This document shows, in pieces, positions 9,798 through 18,323 of a stretch of DNA of 34,320 bases. Under the pieces are notes generated by a model that saw only the letters and a program-made list of their open reading frames with translations, was not told the DNA's origin and ran no database searches. Position numbers and translations under genes: made by a program. The stretch's first letter is position 1. Every line of letters begins with the position of its first letter. The DNA is from Promethearchaeota archaeon (lineage in GTDB: Archaea > Asgardarchaeota > Lokiarchaeia > Sigyniarchaeales > SOKP01), in contig JBHLPW010000052.1 of the NCBI GenBank assembly GCA_048939015.1, positions 1 through 34,320 of the forward strand, read 5' to 3'.

Positions 9798-10410
9798 CCC
9801 TTCTTTCTTCCCCCCTATTTTCATCGATATTTAATATCTCAAACTTTTTAACACTATAATATATTGGTTTTGATAATCGATCAACTGTTGCAACTATTAA
9901 ATCTTTTCGAGAACTCATAGCAACTCTGGACATCTTATCTAAATCTCTCAGCTCAATTGGATTTCCTTCAAATACTGGAAATATTAGGAACCTTGCTGAA
10001 TCATTTTCAAAGTCAGCGCCACGCTTATAAACTATAAAATCTATTCCATTCCCATAACCTGTTCTTACAATATACCCCCTTTTTCTTAGATCACTATAGA
10101 TTATATATTTATGCCATAATCTATCATCAAATTGAGTAAAATATGTTAAAATATTTTCAAAATCATATATCTTGTTATTTTTATCATTATTTTCCCATAA
10201 TAGTATTCTGCTCCTTTCACATAAAAGTAAAGTCTCAATTGGACCAAGTGATAAATATTCTTGACCATTACTACTTTTTTCAATAGTCCCAATATAAGAT
10301 GTATTATAAAATTCTTCAATACCCTTTTCATCAGTAATAATTACTTTATCTTCTTCAATTACTCCTTCTAATTGAATTTTCTCAGTTTTGCTGGGTAAAT
10401 CTTCTGTCAT
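9790..10410 (-). CDS. endA: tRNA-splicing endonuclease subunit, possibly the non-catalytic one
   Basis: LSLGPIETLLL, YSDLRKRGYIVRTG, DFIVY and RVAMSSRKDL fit the EndA fold. Confidence 0.85.
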   Translation of the reverse strand: MTEDLPSKTEKIQLEGVIEEDKVIITDEKGIEEFYNTSYIGTIEKSSNGQEYLSLGPIETLLLCERSRILLWENNDKNNKIYDFENILTYFTQFDDRLWHKYIIYSDLRKRGYIVRTGYGNGIDFIVYKRGADFENDSARFLIFPVFEGNPIELRDLDKMSRVAMSSRKDLIVATVDRLSKPIYYSVKKFEILNIDENRGEERRDG

Positions 10411-10508
10411 ATTTCATATATTATGAATTATTTATAATTAATGAATTTATCCATCTGCTTCTTCCTAAATGAATCTTTGAATATTTGATATCATAGAAAA
10501 TTTAAAAA

Positions 10509-13121
10509 TTAGTCAATTAAAAGTGGGAGTGAAAAATAAAATCTACTCCCCTTGTTTTTACCTTTGGATTCCATCCAGATTTCCCCCCCATGGGATTCTA
10601 TAATTTTTTTCGAAATATACAAACCCAAACCTGTTCCATCAATCCCCAAATCAAACCCTTGTCCAAATCGTTCGATTTTTCCAAATTGTTTAAAAATTTT
10701 TTCTTTTTCTTCTTCAGTAAAACCGATTCCGTTGTCTTTAATGGAAACAATTACAAAATCTTTAGTAATATCTGTTTTTATATCGATCCATCCACCTGGA
10801 GGAGTATATTTGATTGCATTTGTTAGTAAATTTGAAATTACATCATGAATTTCTTCTTTTTCAAATTTAGTTATTATAGAATCATGAATTTCTGTATTAA
10901 TAGAATGTTCTCTTTTGACGGCTAATGGATGTAATTCCTCTACACAATAATTGATAAGAAAAGATAAATCTTCTTTCTCAAGTTTAGGTTTTAGTTCCGG
11001 AGACTCTAGTTTAGAGGTTTGTAAAAGATTATTTATTATTGCTTGTAATCTTTCACAACCCTTTCCAATTTCTATTAAATTAGATACAATTTTGGGGCTT
11101 AAATCTTCTGAGTACTTAGTTAGTATTAGATCTGCAAAACCTTTGATTGAAACTAATGGAGTTTTTAATTCATGAGAAGCTCTTCTTAAAAACTCAGACT
11201 TCAATTGGTTTATTTCTTTTAACTTTTGTTGCATTCGCTTTGTTTCTGTAATATCCCGTACAATAGCCCATATCCTATATGGATCTCCCTGATCATCATG
11301 CAAAATCCAAAATCTAACATTAACGGGAATAATTGAACCATCTTTTCTTACGAGTTCTTTTTCATAGATTTTGCTTTCTTCTTCTGATAATTGAGTAAAA
11401 GTGATTTCATCTTCTTTCTCATACCACTCTGGTGGTGTTATTTGACGATTATTCTTTTCCAAAAGTTCATTCCTTGAATACACTAGCATTTTTAGAAAAG
11501 CTTCATTAACTTCGATAAATTTACCTTCCATATCTGTTGAATAAATCCCATCAGTGCTAGATTCAAATAGAGTACGATATTTATTTTCAGATTCTTTTAA
11601 TTGTTGTTCAGCAGTCTTTCTAGCAGTAATATCAGTAATATAAGCAAAAGACCCTTTATATTGCAGATTCTCATTCATAATAGGTGCAGCTTTTATTTCA
11701 CAATATATCTTTGTCCCATCTTTTTTCAATAACTCAAGTTCATAAGTGTCTTTAATCCCCTTTTCTCGTCGAATTCTATTTCCTTCTATCTGTTCTTCCA
11801 TTGAATCAGGAATAAAATTATGAAGATTTTTATCGATCATTTCATTTTTCGTATAACCAAGCATTTCACATATTCGTGAATTGACAAAAATTGTGTTTTC
11901 ATTTTCATCTAATGCCCAGACACCCTCTTGTGCATTTTCTACTAAATTTCGGTATTTTTCTTCTGATTCTTTTAATTTCTGCTTAATTATAGTCTGAGTT
12001 GAGATATCTCTAATAGTAACAGTAAATCTTTCAATTCCATTTGTATTAATATATTTACCTATCGCTGATGCAAAAATAACACTTCCATCTTTATGCATTA
12101 GCTTATATTTAGGAATTGAAATGATCTTATTAGTCAAACGAGCTTCTTTCATTACTTCTGCTATTTTTAACACATCTTCAGGATGAATATAATCAAGACT
12201 ATTTTTTCCTATGATTTCATCTGGGAGATAACCCATGATTTCATAACACTGAGGACTAACGTAAGTTACAATACCTTTCAAATCAACTTCGAGAATGATC
12301 TCATAAAGATTATTAATTAAATTTCGATACTTATTTTCAGATTCCTTTAAACGTTGTTCAGCCTCCTTTTTCTCGGTAATATCTCTTGAAATGAATATTG
12401 CTCCTTCTGTTTTACCATTCTCTTTAAAGAATGTACCTTTTGATTCTACCCAAATATAATGTCCATCCTTATGTCTGATTCTATATTCGTCTATCATTTC
12501 TCCTTTAAACATTCCTCTTTTTGTAGCTTTAGAAATTTGTGGAATATCTTCGGGATGGGCAAAATCCCTTGGTCTTCGATTTATAATCTCTTCTTCATTA
12601 TAACCTAGTACATTTAGATAGGCATTTCTATTAATGAATTCATGCACAAATTTGTTGTTCAAAATTGCAATTAAATCATTAGTGTTATCAGTTATTAATT
12701 TGAATTTTCTTCCAACCTCCTTCAAATTTTGATCTAACAAATATTTTTCAGTTATATCTATAGCGGTTCCTTCTACAAGCAACGAATTATCATCTCTTTT
12801 CCTAATTAAATGAGAGTTAATCTGCACATATATAGGTGAACCGTTAGGTTTATTAATTTTCACAGTGAAATCTTTAATAAAACCATTTTTCTCTAATTCA
12901 TCATAATATTTTTGTTGTAATTCAGATTCAGAGAAAAACTGAGATGATGGAGATCCTGTTAAATCTATTGAAGGATCTAAGCCGAGAATTCTATTAAGAG
13001 CTGTATTATGGAAGAGTAGTTTTCCTTTTAATTCTCCTCTAAAATATACAACATCTAGATTATTTAATATGTTTTGAAATTCTTTATTAGAAAAAATACC
13101 GTCCTTTTTGGATTTATTCAA
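10509..13121 (-). CDS. Soluble five-PAS sensor histidine kinase
   Basis: Five PAS/PAC repeats (DITE.K..E..LKESE.KYR linkers), H-box SHELKTPL, N-box NLLTNAIKY, DNGIG and GTGLGL. No TM segments. Confidence 0.95.
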   Translation of the reverse strand: MNKSKKDGIFSNKEFQNILNNLDVVYFRGELKGKLLFHNTALNRILGLDPSIDLTGSPSSQFFSESELQQKYYDELEKNGFIKDFTVKINKPNGSPIYVQINSHLIRKRDDNSLLVEGTAIDITEKYLLDQNLKEVGRKFKLITDNTNDLIAILNNKFVHEFINRNAYLNVLGYNEEEIINRRPRDFAHPEDIPQISKATKRGMFKGEMIDEYRIRHKDGHYIWVESKGTFFKENGKTEGAIFISRDITEKKEAEQRLKESENKYRNLINNLYEIILEVDLKGIVTYVSPQCYEIMGYLPDEIIGKNSLDYIHPEDVLKIAEVMKEARLTNKIISIPKYKLMHKDGSVIFASAIGKYINTNGIERFTVTIRDISTQTIIKQKLKESEEKYRNLVENAQEGVWALDENENTIFVNSRICEMLGYTKNEMIDKNLHNFIPDSMEEQIEGNRIRREKGIKDTYELELLKKDGTKIYCEIKAAPIMNENLQYKGSFAYITDITARKTAEQQLKESENKYRTLFESSTDGIYSTDMEGKFIEVNEAFLKMLVYSRNELLEKNNRQITPPEWYEKEDEITFTQLSEEESKIYEKELVRKDGSIIPVNVRFWILHDDQGDPYRIWAIVRDITETKRMQQKLKEINQLKSEFLRRASHELKTPLVSIKGFADLILTKYSEDLSPKIVSNLIEIGKGCERLQAIINNLLQTSKLESPELKPKLEKEDLSFLINYCVEELHPLAVKREHSINTEIHDSIITKFEKEEIHDVISNLLTNAIKYTPPGGWIDIKTDITKDFVIVSIKDNGIGFTEEEKEKIFKQFGKIERFGQGFDLGIDGTGLGLYISKKIIESHGGEIWMESKGKNKGSRFYFSLPLLID

Positions 13122-13315
13122 ATTTCATCACTTAAAGCTTTGATTTAATTTTATGAAGTCTTAGCACTTATCAAAATAACATAGTAATATGTTGATTTGT
13201 TTTAATATAATTTTAATCTGATATTCTTTAAATATTAAAATATTAATCATAAAGTTAATTAATTTTTCATATAAATCATTAGTTGTTTCAATATCATACA
13301 CATAAATAAATAGAT

Positions 13316-13894
13316 TTGACATCTACGGAAGAATTTGAACCGATTCTCTTAGAAAAACTCAATAATGCCAATAAAGTAGTTTTTGTGGGAATTGGTGAAG
13401 AAAAACTTAGTGATGATGGTGTTGGGCCCTATATTATTAGTGAGTTATTAGATTATTCAAATGAAAAAGCCTTATTCATTAATGCAGGAATTGACCCTAT
13501 GAGTAGAATAGAGGATATTATAGAATATCAACCCTCTCATCTTGTTCTATTAGATACATGTACCCTAAGTAAACCTCCCGGGACAGTTGCATTAATCGAA
13601 AGGGAGAATATGAAAGAATCTATCCCTATTTCGACTCATACTATACCAATTCATATAGTTGTTGATTTAATAATTGAAAAATTACCAAATTTAAACGTTT
13701 TTATGATTGGAATTGTTCCCGAAAGTCTTGAAGGATTTTCAGAGTTGAATCTGTATAAAGAAGGTGAATTCTCTCTAGAGGAACGAAGTGAGCATGAAGA
13801 TCTGCCCTTTTTTGAATTCAATCTCACAAACACAATCAAAAAAGTAGCGCATCAGATTATAGAACTTATCAAGGAAATTATAAAGAAGCTTTAA
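13316..13894 (+). CDS. Hydrogenase maturation protease (HycI/HyaD family)
   Basis: GIGEEKLSDDGVG, LLD and STH motifs. TTG start. Confidence 0.88.
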   Translation: MTSTEEFEPILLEKLNNANKVVFVGIGEEKLSDDGVGPYIISELLDYSNEKALFINAGIDPMSRIEDIIEYQPSHLVLLDTCTLSKPPGTVALIERENMKESIPISTHTIPIHIVVDLIIEKLPNLNVFMIGIVPESLEGFSELNLYKEGEFSLEERSEHEDLPFFEFNLTNTIKKVAHQIIELIKEIIKKL

Positions 13895-13898
13895 ATTC

Positions 13899-14069
13899 TC
13901 AACTCTTTTTTTCTGAGAGTTTTAATGTATAATCCATTATTATTTCGATAGATCTAGAGATATTTTCTTGCTCTTCGGTGTTTAATTTCTTCTTAAAATC
14001 TTCTAAAAATGCAATAATTTTCTCGGTTTCTACAAGTCTCCTTATATGATCCGAACCTTTTTTGTTCAA
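13899..14069 (-). CDS. Small helical hypothetical protein
   Basis: Amphipathic ORF in the gap. Likely TTG start at 14069; the track start is the GTG at 14096. Confidence 0.5.
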   Translation of the reverse strand: MNKKGSDHIRRLVETEKIIAFLEDFKKKLNTEEQENISRSIEIIMDYTLKLSEKKS

Positions 14070-14343
14070 AGAACCGCCCCATGCCAAGAATATCACTTTT
14101 CACTTTTGAATTTTTCTATATTGTATTAAAGATATATTTTGTTTAAAACTAATGTTTTTTTTATTTTCCGACAAAAACTTTACCTATTTTATGGTTAAAC
14201 TAATAATATGCATTTATATACTAGATATGGCTAATTAAATCAAGAGAATATTGTTATTTCGAAATTTATAAATCCTAGTATAAAAGCTTAAAAAAAAGAG
14301 ATTCTATTATTTTAGATGAAAAATCCTTATAAAAAAACCGAAT

Positions 14344-14751
14344 ATGATTCAAGAATTAATGATTATTAATGAAGCAGGCATTGCTTTATTTTATCACAAT
14401 TTTATAAATGGTGATGGTCTTGAGGATGAACAAACCTTAGCAAGTTATTTTGATATTATTTGCAGGTTTATAAAACGAGAATTTAAAGAAAGTTTGAAAT
14501 TCTTAACTTTGGATAGTCTAATTTTTTACTTCTATACTCATAAATCTCAATATCATCTAGTTTTAAAATGTGATAATGAAGACATAGATACATTAAAATT
14601 AGAAGAGGTTTCTGAAACTATTATCAAAACCTTTTTAAAACAGTATGAAGACGATCTAAAGGATTTTAATGGAGAAATATCACATTTTAAATCATTTTCT
14701 AAAGATATCATGAATATTTTGGAAAATAAATATGAAAGTTTATACGCATAA
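14344..14751 (+). CDS. Stand-alone longin-like domain protein
   Basis: MIQELMIINEAGIALF N-terminal beta-hairpin, beta-beta-alpha-beta-beta-beta-alpha-alpha pattern, and C-terminal F...Y......F.G....F..F. Confidence 0.75.
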   Translation: MIQELMIINEAGIALFYHNFINGDGLEDEQTLASYFDIICRFIKREFKESLKFLTLDSLIFYFYTHKSQYHLVLKCDNEDIDTLKLEEVSETIIKTFLKQYEDDLKDFNGEISHFKSFSKDIMNILENKYESLYA

Positions 14752-14811
14752 AAATAAATTAAAGAACGAATTACTTAATTGAAAAGAAATAATTATAATA
14801 TGTGAAATTTA

Positions 14812-16176
14812 ATGGGTATAAAAGAATTTGGTGAAAAAATTCAAAAAATCTTAGATAAGCAATTTCATAAGATCTTTAATAATTCTCATTTCTTATATAC
14901 TATAATTTTCTTAATATGTTCTCTATTAATTAGTCTATTAAGTCTTATTCCAAATGCAGTTGTTGGAAATTTAATATTGTTTTTAGCAACTGTTTTGGCA
15001 ATTACATTTATATTATTAATGTTTGAAGGATTAATTCCTCAGTTAAACAAATATCTTTTTAATGCTGAAAAAAAATTTGATAAATGGAAATTTGTGGTTT
15101 TTATTATCAATTTTTTCATTAGCTTCTTTATAATTCTGCCTTATTTTATGCTTGCCACCTCTACGAAAATACCCATTCAATTTCTTGGATGGGATGTGAT
15201 TCTTCCAGCACTTTTTATAATTATTTATTTTGGATGGAATCTTGTTCAGATTTTTTTCATAAGAAAAGGTTTTGATAGTGTATCAGATAAACTCAACGAA
15301 AAGGTAATTAGTAAATATGGATCCTCGAGCAAGAAAAACTTTATTTGTCTAATCTTTATGATTTTAGCATTAGTTGTACCATTTTTAATTCTTTTAGGCA
15401 CTTTCTTTGGATTTTTTTCTGAGTTTTCTGCCGGATTTAACAGAACATTATTTATCGCATGTAATGTGATCGTTCTTATACTTTTTATTATTGCGTCATG
15501 GCGTTTTATTACTTTATATCAAAGAAGTAAAAAAATTAATGCGACGAACTCATTTTCTTCAATGTTTTATCTTCTGATTTGGATTTTACTGTGGTTTAGA
15601 GTTCTTAGCTTTTTTAATGCTTTAAAAAATGCTACTCAAGCTACTCAACAGCTAGATATTATTTCAGGGTTGCTTGGTATTTTACTCCTCGTATTTACTT
15701 CAATAATGGTTCTCAGGGGTTTAGGTGAAAAAGTATACGATTCCTTTTTGTTCAATTCTAACAATATGCCCTTTTTCTTATTTGCATTTACAATCTTATA
15801 CATTGAGGGGCAAATTATTATGATTACAGGTGCAGGAACTCTTGCAGGGATTTTCGCTGATAAAAATCAAATTAATCTCATTAATAATTTCTTGATCATA
15901 TTAATAACTATCATCTTCTATTGGTGGTATTCTGAACATTCCTTAGAACGGAAAGGGTACCTTATGAGAAAAAGCTTCTATCCCGTAGAAGTAGCCTCTC
16001 TTTTAACTGATTTTCGGGAATTTTTAGTCAATGATAATATTATAGTTGCTGAGAAAATTGAAGATGAGAAAATTGATGAATTCCTTCGTTCAAAACATAT
16101 AGAGATTCAGAAACCAGAAGAAATCGAAGATGAATCTGAAATTCAAGAGGAAACTGGTTCTGGAAATAATACTTAA
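14812..16176 (+). CDS. Multi-pass membrane protein (about 10 TM) with an acidic C-terminal tail
   Basis: Hydrophobic helices throughout; no recognised family. Confidence 0.85.
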   Translation: MGIKEFGEKIQKILDKQFHKIFNNSHFLYTIIFLICSLLISLLSLIPNAVVGNLILFLATVLAITFILLMFEGLIPQLNKYLFNAEKKFDKWKFVVFIINFFISFFIILPYFMLATSTKIPIQFLGWDVILPALFIIIYFGWNLVQIFFIRKGFDSVSDKLNEKVISKYGSSSKKNFICLIFMILALVVPFLILLGTFFGFFSEFSAGFNRTLFIACNVIVLILFIIASWRFITLYQRSKKINATNSFSSMFYLLIWILLWFRVLSFFNALKNATQATQQLDIISGLLGILLLVFTSIMVLRGLGEKVYDSFLFNSNNMPFFLFAFTILYIEGQIIMITGAGTLAGIFADKNQINLINNFLIILITIIFYWWYSEHSLERKGYLMRKSFYPVEVASLLTDFREFLVNDNIIVAEKIEDEKIDEFLRSKHIEIQKPEEIEDESEIQEETGSGNNT

Positions 16177-16184
16177 ACATTTCT

Positions 16185-16213
16185 AAAAAAAAAAAAGAAA
16201 AAAAGAGAAAAAA
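16185..16213 (-). terminator. Oligo-T terminator downstream of the Ubl gene
   Basis: Long A-tract on the + strand (T-tract on the - strand) between convergent genes. Confidence 0.45.
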
Positions 16214-16272
16214 ACCCGCTTTTTTCTCTTTATAACCCCGTGATAAATACACCAACCATATAAGACTTTTTT

Positions 16273-16524
16273 TTAGCCGCCAGCTTGAGTAGCCATAACC
16301 GTTATTACATCTTTTTTAGGATGAATGCCAATCTTTTGGAATTTTAATTGATCTGGTAGCACTTTCCCTTTAAAAATAAATTGTATGGCTAAAATTGGAT
16401 TTAATTTATATTCCCGCTGTACAGTTTTTTTAATTTCTGCTATTGAATTATTAGGATCTAGTTCTATTAACTTAATAGCTTGATCTGGTGGAACTCCCGT
16501 AAGTCTAAAACGATATTGAGTAAT
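16273..16524 (-). CDS. Ubiquitin-like protein with a C-terminal diglycine (83 aa; not in the ORF track)
   Basis: Hand translation: ITQYRFRLTGVPPDQAIKLIELDPNNSIAEIKKTVQREYKLNPILAIQFIFKGKVLPDQLKFQKIGIHPKKDVITVMATQAGG*. FIFKGKVLPD aligns with ubiquitin LIFAGKQLED. An SD-like GGGTGTGA lies 6 nt before the ATT at 16524. Confidence 0.88.
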   Translation of the reverse strand: MTQYRFRLTGVPPDQAIKLIELDPNNSIAEIKKTVQREYKLNPILAIQFIFKGKVLPDQLKFQKIGIHPKKDVITVMATQAGG

Positions 16525-16682
16525 TGTTAATCACACCCTTTTACAATTTTTTGATTTGATTTAATTACTTATTAATTATCTGACTGATAAATTAAGGATT
16601 ATTGTTTAATATCCCGAACTTCAGTTTATATATTTGTGAAAAATGATACTAATTTAGTTTTAAACTAATTTTAAAAGAACTA

Positions 16683-16880
16683 TTAAAACCGAAAAGGTTC
16701 TGGAGGAGGTCCAGGTCGATCAGGAGGTCCAGGAGGATGAAAAGGACCTGGTTTTGGCATTGGTGGAGAAGGAAATCGTCCTATTCTATGTTCTAAATTC
16801 GAAATTCGCGATTCAATTTTATCTAACCTTTCTTCAATAATTTTAATCTTCTTTAAAATATTTGGCTCTTCTATTGTCAT
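16683..16880 (-). CDS. Small coiled-coil protein with a proline-rich tail (65 aa)
   Basis: ATG at 16880. Heptads IKIIEERLDKIESRISNLEHRI, followed by PSPPMPKPGPFHPPGPPDRPGPPPEPFRF. Confidence 0.7.
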   Translation of the reverse strand: MTIEEPNILKKIKIIEERLDKIESRISNLEHRIGRFPSPPMPKPGPFHPPGPPDRPGPPPEPFRF

Positions 16881-17068
16881 TTGCTTCAGATATTTGAAAT
16901 AATTTTTATTAATTACCAATTTCTAACATTATTTTCTACTTTTTATAATTTTACAAATAGTAACGTTATATATAAACCAAATTTAGTAATATTTGTTTTT
17001 TCAACTTTTTTCAGTCCAAGTCCAGAAAAAAGGTATAATTTTTATAGTTATTATAATATATTTATATT

Positions 17069-18169
17069 ATGGAAACTTGGAATATATCTAAAAAATTAAA
17101 AGTAGAGCTCTTAAAAAAATCCAGTAATATCGAAGATAATAGCAGAAGAATATTATTTATTCTTAGAAATTTAGGTCCACAAAGATTCACAAATTTAGTG
17201 AAATATTCAAATTTAAGTAGGTCTACAGTATCTAAATATTTAAATCTTCATAGAAAGAATAAAAATATTGAACAACGCTTAATTACTGATAAAATTACAA
17301 ATAAACAATATAGAAGTTATATAATTACAGAAAAGGGGATTGAAAAACTAGGAGAATCACCCTTAAAATTAAAGGATGAAGTATTTATTGTTAATGAATT
17401 AAAAGAAAACGTCAGAAAACTTGAAAAATTAATCCAATTCTTTAAAGAAATAAGTTTAGAGGATCCTTTTATAATTCATATTGTAAGAATTATATCTAAA
17501 ATAGGAGATAATTTTTTTGAATTACAGCAAGATCGCGATCTTTATTTATCTCTATTCTATATCTTCTATAACTCCATTCTTGGCCAAGGAGCTTTAGCTA
17601 GAAAATATTGGCATTTAGATGAGAAAAATAATCAAAAATTTGCAGGATACAAAATTGATTTGGAACAATTCTGTATACACCATAAAGTATCAGAAGAAGC
17701 AATCAATTATTTAGCACGGGTCAAACTAATAAAAAACGATTTTGGTTTTTATTTGATTAAACGAGAGAAAAGTGATTTTTATTTCCATGAAGAAGATTTA
17801 TTAGGCACCACAACCCTCAGACTTATCAAAGATAAATTAATAGATGAAATAATTAACCTCCAAGAAGGTATTTACGATATGATTTACGATTTAGACATTA
17901 TGGCTGAAGAAATAACCCTTCAATTAAAAGAGATGGGGTTAATTTGGGATGCCATTCAAGAACAATTTCAGTTATTAGTATTAAATCTCATAATTAAGAA
18001 CGCAATAGAAATGGGATTTTTAGATATTGAACGAGAAAAGTTAATGGAAGGTGTTTCAAAATCACTAAAATTGCAATTATCAAAAGAAGGAAAAACACTT
18101 CAAGAAGCCATTTTAAACAGTTCAAAATTAGATTTAAATTTTAATGTTCTTACTTTTTCGACAAATTAA
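17069..18169 (+). CDS. Winged-HTH (ArsR/MarR-like) putative transcription regulator
   Basis: ILFILRNLGPQRFTNLVKYSNLSRSTVSKYL...YIITEKG, followed by a large unknown C-terminal domain. Confidence 0.8.
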   Translation: METWNISKKLKVELLKKSSNIEDNSRRILFILRNLGPQRFTNLVKYSNLSRSTVSKYLNLHRKNKNIEQRLITDKITNKQYRSYIITEKGIEKLGESPLKLKDEVFIVNELKENVRKLEKLIQFFKEISLEDPFIIHIVRIISKIGDNFFELQQDRDLYLSLFYIFYNSILGQGALARKYWHLDEKNNQKFAGYKIDLEQFCIHHKVSEEAINYLARVKLIKNDFGFYLIKREKSDFYFHEEDLLGTTTLRLIKDKLIDEIINLQEGIYDMIYDLDIMAEEITLQLKEMGLIWDAIQEQFQLLVLNLIIKNAIEMGFLDIEREKLMEGVSKSLKLQLSKEGKTLQEAILNSSKLDLNFNVLTFSTN

Positions 18170-18323
18170 AATAACATATTAAAAAGCATTATACGTTCCT
18201 TAAGTATCAATTATTCCAAATTTATTCTTTCTTTCTGACTGAAAAAGTTGGGGTTTTAATATAGTGAAAAAAGAATTATTATTGTATTAATTCTTTAGGA
18301 AAAAATCCCGTTTTATTTGTAAT

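Noticed and set aside
8166-9824. VapC toxin or type IV pilus ATPase
   Set aside because: The PIN+ATPase+KH-like fusion fits the PINA family; no antitoxin or pilus genes nearby.
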